From NCBI RefSeq assembly GCF_000011325.1, contig NC_003450.3:150001-182000 (forward strand): DNA of 32,000 bases. Direction: 5' to 3'. This DNA is from Corynebacterium glutamicum ATCC 13032. Its GTDB lineage: Bacteria; Actinomycetota; Actinomycetes; Mycobacteriales; Mycobacteriaceae. A program made the translations under genes and the position numbers. Under the pieces are notes generated by a model. The model saw only the letters and a list, made by a program, of their open reading frames with translations, was not told the origin of the DNA and did not search any database. Of the stretch, positions 16,461 through 23,364 are shown piece after piece (positions within the stretch are counted from its first letter, which is position 1; each line of letters starts with the position of its first letter).

Positions 16461-17422
16461 GTCGCATGTTTAGCATCACCTTGTGGGTTGCCATCCTCCT
16501 CTCAACCCCGGCGCTGTTTTTGAGCTTGGCCACGTTCATCTTCGTGGATGGCATCTCTGTCCTCGTGAATATAGTGTTCGCGGTGCTCTACTTGGTAGTC
16601 ATTGTTTTCCTGTTAAGTCGCACCCCGCTGTGGCCACGTTTTAAAGGCTCCGGCAGCAAGAAGGGAGGCGGATTCGCGTGGGCGGCGTCATCATTGTTGT
16701 GGGGCGCGTTCGTTGGTTTCGGCATCGTCATGTTGTTTGCCGGTCCGGTCATGGATCTCACGGACAAACTCGGCTGGGATTTCGTTGCCATGAGTTTCAC
16801 CGGAGCGTATCCAGAAGAAATCGCCAAAGCGTTAGGCGTTGCCATCATCTTGTTGAGCTTCCGCCAACTCAACCGTCCGTGGCATGGATTTATCACCGGC
16901 GCGCTAGTGGGCTTAGGTTTTGAGGTCAACGAAAACCTCCTCTATGGCGCCACCGGTGCAATCATGGACCCCAACGCTGACCTCGACGGCGTCCTTATGA
17001 TGTGGCAATACCGCACCATGTTGGGCCCACTCATCCATACGTTGCTCACCGGATTCGCAGGTTACGGCATCGCGTTGGCATTCTTCCGCGCACGAAAAAC
17101 AGTCGCCTGGCGCTGGGGCGTGGCGATCGGTTGGACTCTCATCGCCTTCGCACTGCATTTTTCATGGAACCTGATGTGGGAAAACGTAATCGGTTCCTAT
17201 GTCACCATCATCGTGGTCAGCGTTGTCATGTACGGTCTGGCTATCTACATCCTCTGGAGTAATTGGGCCGAAGCCCGCAACGACTCCAGCTACGCTTTCG
17301 TCCCGGGAATCATCACAAACACCAAAGATTTATCGCTTCTTGACGCCCCCATTCCAGTAGGCGCTGAGGTTCCCGAGTCGCGCATTCCCCAACAGATAGA
17401 GGAACCCAAGGCGGAGAACTAG
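16457..17422 (+). CDS. PrsW-family intramembrane glutamic/metallo-protease
   Basis: A multi-pass membrane protein carrying the PrsW/CPBP-type motif set: YPEEIAKALG (EExxK), GLGFEVNENLLYG, and ALHFSWNLMW (HxxxN). It is translationally coupled to the upstream gene (ATGA). Confidence 0.7.
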   Translation: MSRMFSITLWVAILLSTPALFLSLATFIFVDGISVLVNIVFAVLYLVVIVFLLSRTPLWPRFKGSGSKKGGGFAWAASSLLWGAFVGFGIVMLFAGPVMDLTDKLGWDFVAMSFTGAYPEEIAKALGVAIILLSFRQLNRPWHGFITGALVGLGFEVNENLLYGATGAIMDPNADLDGVLMMWQYRTMLGPLIHTLLTGFAGYGIALAFFRARKTVAWRWGVAIGWTLIAFALHFSWNLMWENVIGSYVTIIVVSVVMYGLAIYILWSNWAEARNDSSYAFVPGIITNTKDLSLLDAPIPVGAEVPESRIPQQIEEPKAEN

Positions 17423-17447
17423 CTTTCACTCGCTCTCCATCCGCTGG

Positions 17448-17509
17448 ACCAAACCAGGTGACCGAAGATCCCATTTTCTTAAGTGGGTCGGTCACCTGGT
17501 TTGGTTTTA
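17448..17509 (+). terminator. Strong rho-independent terminator of the PrsW-like operon
   Basis: A perfect 18-bp stem, ACCAAACCAGGTGACCGA (17448-17465) pairing with TCGGTCACCTGGTTTGGT (17488-17505). The loop is 22 nt and TTT follows directly. Confidence 0.8.
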
Positions 17510-17631
17510 CAGTCTAGAAACCAGCCCATGTGACCGAAAATCCAAAGAACCCCACTCCGTTGGCCGTATGGTCTGGTCGGGGCACCTTCACGTAAAAAAC
17601 TTGCACTCAAACCCTGGGAACTCGACCTCAC

Positions 17632-17656
17632 AGAATCGCTTCTAAGGGCCTTTCAG
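17632..17656 (+). repeat. Copy B of the 25-nt dispersed intergenic motif
   Basis: AGAATCGCTTCTAAGGGCCTTTCAG matches 3126-3150 at 22 of 25 positions. Both copies lie in ~400-nt gaps between convergent genes. Confidence 0.6.
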
Positions 17657-17712
17657 GGTGTCATCGATACCAATGCTCGTTTGAGAAACTCGACGCCTTG
17701 GAGCGCTGCTGC

Positions 17713-17828
17713 ATATCCAGACCAAAGACCCTGAAATTCAGCATCCGTTTGGTCTGATAGAGCAGTTTTCCAGCCTTGAAAATGCCATATCAGACCAAGA
17801 GCTCCAGTTCAGAAGGGCTCTTTGGTTT
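17713..17828. repeat. Cluster of CAGACCAA(A)GA-type repeats in alternating orientation
   Basis: The copies are ATATCCAGACCAAAGACC (17713-17730, +) and TTTGGTCTGATA (17748-17759, inverted). Two more are CATATCAGACCAAGAGC (17786-17802, +) and GGGCTCTTTGGTTT (17815-17828, inverted). TTGGTCTGATA and TATCAGACCAA form a perfect 11-nt inverted repeat with a 29-nt spacer. Confidence 0.6.
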
Positions 17829-17833
17829 ATTTC

Positions 17834-18595
17834 TTACCTGGCCACCAGAGTGGTTTCAAAGTTGTACATATCTGGGCGGTAGCAGTGGCTTCCCAACTCG
17901 ATTACTTGGCCGGAATTATCCAATGCAACGCGTTCGACGGTGAGAAGTGGTCCGCCGTCTTCGATGTCGAGGAGGGTGCTTTCTTCACCGACTGCTCGGC
18001 GCGCACCGATTTTCTGGTTGGCGATTTTTAAGACAACACCTCGGCTGCGCAGCGCATCGTAGAGTCCACCCTTTTCTAGTTCGTCGAGGGAGACGTCGTT
18101 GAACGCTGGGGGGAGGTAGTTTTCCAGGATCGCTACGGGGATGTCTCCGGTGGAGCGGAGGCGGCGGATGAGGAGGACTTCGTCACCTGCGGAAACTCCG
18201 AGTTTTTCTGCGATGGCGGAACTTGCTGCAAGGAGGCGGTGCTCGAGGACTCGGGTTTTGGGGTCCAGGTTGGCGTTTTTGAGGTCGTTGAAGAAACTGG
18301 TCAGTTCGACTGGGCGGGTGACGTGGCTTTGGACGACCTGGGTGCCAACACCGCGGCGGCGAACTAAGAGGCCTTTGTCTACGACTTCTTGGATGGCGCG
18401 TCGGACGGTGGGGCGGGATACGTTGAGGTGTTTCGCCACGGAGATCTCGTTTTCTAGGCGTGCTCCGGGTGGGAGGACTCCGCTGCGGATGCCGTCTTCG
18501 AGGCGTTGGGCTACTTGGAAGTAGAGGGGGATTGGTCCGTTGCGGTCGAGGTCTTCGAAGAGTTCGGCTGGCCAAATGGGAGCTTCGGTGGTCAT
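17834..18595 (-). CDS. iolR: GntR-family (HutC/FadR-type UTRA) repressor of myo-inositol utilisation genes
   Basis: This is track ORF 17834..18718 trimmed to MTTEAPIWP at 18595, which has AAAGGAGA 4 nt upstream. It has the GntR winged helix (LPPGARLENEISVAKHLNVSRPTVRRAIQEVVDKGLLVRRRGVGTQV) and a UTRA effector domain. It lies divergent to the iol operon. Confidence 0.85.
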   Translation of the reverse strand: MTTEAPIWPAELFEDLDRNGPIPLYFQVAQRLEDGIRSGVLPPGARLENEISVAKHLNVSRPTVRRAIQEVVDKGLLVRRRGVGTQVVQSHVTRPVELTSFFNDLKNANLDPKTRVLEHRLLAASSAIAEKLGVSAGDEVLLIRRLRSTGDIPVAILENYLPPAFNDVSLDELEKGGLYDALRSRGVVLKIANQKIGARRAVGEESTLLDIEDGGPLLTVERVALDNSGQVIELGSHCYRPDMYNFETTLVAR

Positions 18596-18637
18596 GATGT
18601 CTCCTTTCGTTGCCCACCCAACAAGCTCATGTAAATG

Positions 18638-18647
18638 TGTTAGGACA
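18638..18647 (-). promoter_or_regulatory. Candidate IolR operator upstream of iolR (autoregulation)
   Basis: The plus strand reads TGTTAGGACA and its complement reads TGTCCTAACA. The complement fits the IolR consensus I remember, 5'-KGWCHTRACA-3'. The site lies 43-52 nt upstream of the iolR ATG. Confidence 0.45.
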
Positions 18648-18945
18648 TTTGAACAATGTAACTGAGTTGCGGGTGGTGGTCTTGGTAAATCCGTGTTCAT
18701 GCAGGACTTTTGTGTCATCCAGGGCTTTTATTGATCTGACATTATCACTTGCATTAGGGAATGAGTAGCGAAACTTAGTGAAAAGGGCAGAGTTTGCAGG
18801 TCATAACGTGCAACTTTGTTAACCCCGCACCTTCCAAAGCGAGGGGGTTTTCGTCGACAAGCAAAATCTTTGAATGAAAACCGGGGCGTTGCCCTGGGGT
18901 TTTGCGCGTTTTCGGGAATCGTTTTAGAAAATTTTCGGAAATGTA

Positions 18946-18973
18946 TTGCTTTGTCAGGACAATGTGTTATTGT
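18946..18973 (+). promoter_or_regulatory. Candidate iolC promoter (-35 TTGCTT, 16-nt spacer, extended -10 TGTGTTATTGT)
   Basis: TTGCTT lies at 18946-18951 and TATTGT at 18968-18973, preceded by TGTGT. The ATG at 19038 is about 56 nt downstream of the predicted transcription start site. This rests on pattern matching alone and is not experimentally anchored. Confidence 0.3.
18952..18961 (-). promoter_or_regulatory. Candidate IolR operator in the spacer of the putative iolC promoter
   Basis: The plus strand reads TGTCAGGACA and its complement reads TGTCCTGACA. The complement fits KGWCHTRACA at all 10 positions. Confidence 0.45.
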
Positions 18974-18980
18974 CATGACA
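18971..18980. promoter_or_regulatory. Candidate IolR operator overlapping the -10 region and transcription start site of the putative iolC promoter (perfect palindrome)
   Basis: TGTCATGACA is a perfect 10-bp palindrome and fits KGWCHTRACA on both strands. It lies 10 bp after the previous site, and GACAAT/ATTGTC forms an additional inverted repeat between them. Confidence 0.5.
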
Positions 18981-19037
18981 TGCGATCGTGAGGGTCGCCA
19001 CATTCCATCAAAAATGAGTGAAGGGTTGCATCGCCAC

Positions 19038-19994
19038 ATGACTAACTTGACGAGCACTCACGAAGTCCTAGCTATCGGCCGCTTGGGCGTAGATATTTAC
19101 CCACTTCAAAGTGGAGTAGGACTGGCCGATGTTCAATCTTTCGGCAAGTACCTCGGCGGAAGCGCAGCAAACGTTTCTGTTGCAGCCGCCCGCCATGGAC
19201 ACAATTCCGCACTGCTGTCCCGTGTGGGAAATGATCCTTTCGGCGAGTACCTGCTTGCTGAGCTGGAGCGTTTGGGCGTGGACAACCAGTACGTTGCCAC
19301 CGATCAGACTTTTAAGACCCCAGTGACCTTCTGTGAAATTTTCCCACCGGATGATTTCCCACTGTACTTCTACCGCGAACCAAAGGCTCCGGATCTCAAT
19401 ATTGAATCCGCAGACGTCAGCCTGGACGATGTGCGCGAAGCCGATATTTTGTGGTTCACACTCACTGGTTTCAGTGAAGAGCCAAGCCGCGGCACACACC
19501 GCGAGATCTTGACTACTCGTGCGAACCGTCGCCACACCATCTTTGATCTGGACTACCGACCAATGTTCTGGGAATCCCCAGAAGAGGCCACCAAGCAGGC
19601 GGAATGGGCGTTGCAGCATTCCACGGTGGCGGTTGGCAACAAGGAAGAATGCGAAATCGCAGTGGGCGAGACCGAGCCAGAGCGCGCGGGCCGAGCACTG
19701 TTGGAACGCGGTGTGGAGTTGGCCATCGTCAAGCAGGGACCTAAGGGTGTCATGGCGATGACCAAGGACGAAACCGTAGAAGTTCCTCCGTTCTTCGTCG
19801 ATGTCATCAACGGTCTTGGTGCCGGCGATGCATTCGGCGGCGCGCTGTGCCACGGTCTGCTCTCTGAATGGCCGTTGGAAAAGGTTCTCCGTTTTGCCAA
19901 CACCGCGGGTGCGCTTGTGGCGTCCCGTCTTGAATGCTCCACCGCAATGCCTACTACCGATGAGGTGGAAGCCTCCCTCAACCAGAAAGTCTGA
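19038..19994 (+). CDS. iolC: 5-dehydro-2-deoxygluconokinase (PfkB family)
   Basis: This is track ORF 18816..19994 trimmed to MTNLTSTHEVLAIGRLGVDIYP at 19038. It has the PfkB signatures GGSAANVSVAAAR and VINGLGAGDAFGGAL. It is the first gene of the iol operon, divergent from iolR. Confidence 0.85.
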   Translation: MTNLTSTHEVLAIGRLGVDIYPLQSGVGLADVQSFGKYLGGSAANVSVAAARHGHNSALLSRVGNDPFGEYLLAELERLGVDNQYVATDQTFKTPVTFCEIFPPDDFPLYFYREPKAPDLNIESADVSLDDVREADILWFTLTGFSEEPSRGTHREILTTRANRRHTIFDLDYRPMFWESPEEATKQAEWALQHSTVAVGNKEECEIAVGETEPERAGRALLERGVELAIVKQGPKGVMAMTKDETVEVPPFFVDVINGLGAGDAFGGALCHGLLSEWPLEKVLRFANTAGALVASRLECSTAMPTTDEVEASLNQKV

Positions 19995-19995
19995 T

Positions 19996-20919
19996 ATGAC
20001 TCCTCCGATTATCTCCCCAGAGAGCTTTGAAGCCCTAAGGCGGATGCGTGCGGCTGAACCCACGATGGTGGCGGAACGTTTCAAGCAGCGCCGTAAGCGT
20101 GAACTGCTCGGTGAGGACGGCAAGCTGTTTATCGTGGCTGCCGACCACCCAGCGCGCGGCGCACTTGCTGTTGGCGACAATGAAACCGCCATGGCTAACC
20201 GCTATGAACTGCTCGAACGCATGGCTATCGCACTGTCTCGCCCGGGTGTGGATGGTGTGCTGGGAACTCCAGACATCATTGATGATCTGGCGGCGCTCGG
20301 ACTGCTCGATGACAAGATCGTGGTTGGCTCCATGAACCGTGGTGGCCTGCGTGGCGCTTCCTTTGAAATGGATGATCGCTACACCGGCTACAACGTGTCC
20401 TCCATGGTTGATCGTGGCGTGGATTTCGCGAAAACCCTAGTGCGCATCAACTTGAGCGACGCCGGAACCGCCCCGACCTTGGAAGCCACCGCGCATGCAG
20501 TCAATGAGGCTGCAGCAGCACAGCTGCCCATCATGCTCGAGCCGTTCATGAGTAACTGGGTAAACGGCAAGGTGGTCAATGATCTTTCCACCGATGCAGT
20601 TATCCAATCTGTCGCCATTGCTGCTGGTCTGGGCAATGATTCTTCCTATACCTGGATGAAGCTTCCAGTGGTGGAGGAGATGGAGCGCGTCATGGAATCC
20701 ACCACCATGCCAACCCTGTTGTTGGGCGGCGAAGGCGGCAACGATCCAGATGCCACCTTCGCATCCTGGGAGCATGCACTCACCCTGCCGGGTGTGCGTG
20801 GCCTGACCGTGGGACGCACTCTGCTGTATCCGCAAGACGGCGATGTCGCCGCCGCTGTTGATACCGCAGCGCGACTTGTTCACACAGATATTCAACAATT
20901 CACTTCGCAGAGCATTTAA
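19996..20919 (+). CDS. iolJ: Putative 5-dehydro-2-deoxyphosphogluconate aldolase (class I, DhnA/LacD-like TIM-barrel aldolase)
   Basis: This is track ORF 19801..20919 trimmed to MTPPIISPE at 19996, 1 nt after the iolC stop. LFIVAADHPARGAL and GVDGVLGTPDIIDDL resemble class I aldolase family members. The position between iolC and iolA is consistent with the aldolase step. The symbol follows C. glutamicum usage as I recall it. Confidence 0.7.
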   Translation: MTPPIISPESFEALRRMRAAEPTMVAERFKQRRKRELLGEDGKLFIVAADHPARGALAVGDNETAMANRYELLERMAIALSRPGVDGVLGTPDIIDDLAALGLLDDKIVVGSMNRGGLRGASFEMDDRYTGYNVSSMVDRGVDFAKTLVRINLSDAGTAPTLEATAHAVNEAAAAQLPIMLEPFMSNWVNGKVVNDLSTDAVIQSVAIAAGLGNDSSYTWMKLPVVEEMERVMESTTMPTLLLGGEGGNDPDATFASWEHALTLPGVRGLTVGRTLLYPQDGDVAAAVDTAARLVHTDIQQFTSQSI

Positions 20920-20932
20920 GGAATTTACACAC

Positions 20933-22447
20933 ATGTCTGAACCACAAACCATCTCGCACTGGATTGACGGCGCGATTTCCCCATCCACTTCCGGCAAGAC
21001 CGCTCCTGTCTACAATCCTGCAACTGGCCAGGTCACCGCCAATGTTGCGCTGGCTAGCCAGGAAGAGATCGATGCCACCATCGCTTCTGCCACCAAGGCT
21101 GCTAAGACGTGGGGCAACCTGTCTATCGCTAAGCGCCAAGCTGTGCTTTTCAACTTCCGTGAGCTGCTGAATGCTCGCAAGGGTGAGCTGGCGGAGATCA
21201 TCACTGCAGAGCACGGCAAGGTCTTGTCCGATGCCATGGGTGAAATCCTGCGCGGCCAGGAAGTCGTGGAGCTTGCTACCGGTTTCCCACACCTGCTTAA
21301 AGGTGCGTTCAACGAGAACGTCTCCACCGGCATTGATGTGTATTCCTTGAAGCAGCCACTGGGTGTTGTCGGTATCATCAGCCCGTTCAACTTCCCTGCG
21401 ATGGTGCCGATGTGGTTTTTCCCAATCGCAATCGCTGCAGGCAACGCAGTTATTTTGAAGCCTTCAGAGAAGGATCCTTCGGCAGCGCTGTGGATGGCTC
21501 AGATCTGGAAGGAAGCTGGTCTTCCAGACGGCGTATTCAACGTGCTCCAGGGCGACAAGCTGGCTGTTGATGGTTTGCTGAACAGCCCTGATGTCTCTGC
21601 GATTTCCTTCGTGGGTTCCACCCCAATCGCAAAGTACATCTACGAGACTTCCGCGAAGAACGGCAAGCGCGTCCAGGCGTTGGGCGGCGCGAAGAACCAC
21701 ATGCTGGTGCTGCCAGATGCTGATCTGGATCTGGTTGCCGATCAGGCAATCAACGCAGGTTACGGCGCTGCCGGTGAGCGTTGCATGGCTGTTTCTGTGG
21801 TCTTGGCTATTGAATCTGTTGCCGACGAGCTCATTGAGAAGATCAAGGAGCGCATCGACACCCTGCGCATCGGCAACGGTGCCGGCGACGAGCAGGGCGA
21901 GCCGCACCTGGGCCCACTAATCACCGACGTCCACCGCGACAAGGTCGCTTCTTATGTCGACATCGCTGAGGCCGACGGCGCCAAGATCATCGTGGACGGG
22001 CGTAACTGCGCCGTAGACGGGCACGAGGAGGGCTTCTTCTTCGGCCCTACGCTTATCGACGACATCCCACTCACGTCCCGCGCCTACACCGAAGAAATCT
22101 TCGGCCCGGTCCTCTCTGTCGTTCGTGTCGCATCCTTCGACGAGGCAATTGAGCTGATCAACTCCGGTGAATTCGGCAACGGAACCGCAATCTTCACCAA
22201 CGATGGTGGAGCGGCACGCCGCTTCCAGCATGAGATCGAAGTGGGCATGATCGGCATCAACGTACCAATCCCAGTGCCTGTTGCGTACCACTCCTTCGGT
22301 GGTTGGAAGAACTCCCTCTTCGGTGACGCCAAGGCATATGGCACTCAAGGTTTTGATTTCTTCACCAGGGAAAAGGCGATCACCAGCCGTTGGCTCGACC
22401 CAGCAACCCACGGTGGCATTAACCTCGGTTTCCCACAGAACGATTAA
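20933..22447 (+). CDS. iolA: Methylmalonate-semialdehyde / malonate-semialdehyde dehydrogenase (CoA-acylating)
   Basis: This is track ORF 20843..22447 trimmed to MSEPQTISHWIDG at 20933. It has the aldehyde dehydrogenase motifs FPAMVPMW, KPSEKDP, and GERCMA (catalytic Cys). EIFGPVL and the MmsA-type C-terminus are also present. Confidence 0.9.
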   Translation: MSEPQTISHWIDGAISPSTSGKTAPVYNPATGQVTANVALASQEEIDATIASATKAAKTWGNLSIAKRQAVLFNFRELLNARKGELAEIITAEHGKVLSDAMGEILRGQEVVELATGFPHLLKGAFNENVSTGIDVYSLKQPLGVVGIISPFNFPAMVPMWFFPIAIAAGNAVILKPSEKDPSAALWMAQIWKEAGLPDGVFNVLQGDKLAVDGLLNSPDVSAISFVGSTPIAKYIYETSAKNGKRVQALGGAKNHMLVLPDADLDLVADQAINAGYGAAGERCMAVSVVLAIESVADELIEKIKERIDTLRIGNGAGDEQGEPHLGPLITDVHRDKVASYVDIAEADGAKIIVDGRNCAVDGHEEGFFFGPTLIDDIPLTSRAYTEEIFGPVLSVVRVASFDEAIELINSGEFGNGTAIFTNDGGAARRFQHEIEVGMIGINVPIPVPVAYHSFGGWKNSLFGDAKAYGTQGFDFFTREKAITSRWLDPATHGGINLGFPQND

Positions 22448-22467
22448 TTGAAGGAGAGCACAGGACT

Positions 22468-23358
22468 ATGCGTTGGTTCCATAAGAAGGGCGAACTGGCC
22501 CGAGATGGTTGGCAAAGCGTTGTCGATGCCACCACCCCAGGTTGGGAATATACCGGCATCCGCATTGCCGAACTGGGCAGTGGTGAATCGCTTGAACTGA
22601 ATGACACTGGTGTGGAACGCATCTTCATTCCACTTCAGGGCAGCTTCGATGTTGCCCACCATGGTCAGGTGACCCATCTTCACGGAAGAAAGTCAGTCTT
22701 TGATGGACCAACCGATGTGCTCTACCTCCCCACTGGACAAACAGCAACGCTCAGTGGTCAGGGACGAGTCGCCGTGGCGGAAGCTCCCACTCAGGAACCC
22801 AAGGAGTGGAAGTACATCGCTCCAGCAGAAACTCCTGTGGAGTTGCGTGGAGCTGGCCGCTCGAGCCGACAAGTCCACAACTTTGGCACCCCGGAAGCTC
22901 TCGATGCTGCTCGACTAATCGTGTGTGAAGTAATCACCCCAGGTGAAAACTGGAGCTCTTACCCTCCACACAAGCATGATGAGCACATCCCAGGACACGA
23001 GTCCAAGCTGGAGGAAATCTACTACTTCGAAAGCGCCCCATCGCGAGTTGGTGGCAGGGCCGAAGCAGCAGAAGGAGCTTTCGGAATGTTTTCCACCTAC
23101 TCCTCACCAGCGGGGGAGATCGATATCAACGCCATGGTGTACAGCGGCGATATCGCGCTAGTTCCTTTCGGATACCACGGCCCTGCCGTGGCAGCACCTG
23201 GCTATGACTTGTACTACCTCAACGTCATGGCAGGACCTGATCCGGAGAGAATCTGGCTGATTAACGATGACCCAGCGCACGCCTGGGTTCGAGATACATG
23301 GACCGGGCAAGCATTTGATGATCGCTTGCCATATGAGAACGCAAACAAGGAGGGATAA
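22468..23358 (+). CDS. iolB: 5-deoxy-glucuronate isomerase
   Basis: It has a cupin-type IolB pattern (ENWSSYPPHKHDE and LYYLNVMAGP). GAAGGAG lies upstream of the ATG. Confidence 0.9.
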   Translation: MRWFHKKGELARDGWQSVVDATTPGWEYTGIRIAELGSGESLELNDTGVERIFIPLQGSFDVAHHGQVTHLHGRKSVFDGPTDVLYLPTGQTATLSGQGRVAVAEAPTQEPKEWKYIAPAETPVELRGAGRSSRQVHNFGTPEALDAARLIVCEVITPGENWSSYPPHKHDEHIPGHESKLEEIYYFESAPSRVGGRAEAAEGAFGMFSTYSSPAGEIDINAMVYSGDIALVPFGYHGPAVAAPGYDLYYLNVMAGPDPERIWLINDDPAHAWVRDTWTGQAFDDRLPYENANKEG

Positions 23359-23364
23359 AATTTC

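Noticed and set aside
18728-19057. 109-aa minus-strand ORF in the iolR-iolC intergenic region
   Set aside because: It spans the operator and promoter region. It has no SD and would run through the iolC start. The region is better explained as regulatory DNA.
19068-20192. 374-aa minus-strand ORF spanning iolC and the aldolase gene
   Set aside because: It is antisense to two genes with strong family signatures (PfkB kinase, class I aldolase). The product is Arg/Ala/Gly-rich without motifs. Long antisense ORFs are expected in high-GC coding DNA.
17834-20933. Long N-terminal extensions of the track ORFs for iolR (18718), iolC (18816), the aldolase gene (19801) and iolA (20843)
   Set aside because: The extensions overlap upstream genes or regulatory DNA and have aberrant composition. 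Downstream ATGs give N-termini that match the family norms, and those of iolR and iolA have recognisable SD sequences; the aldolase ATG lies 1 nt after the iolC stop, and iolC has only a weak, distant GAAGGG.
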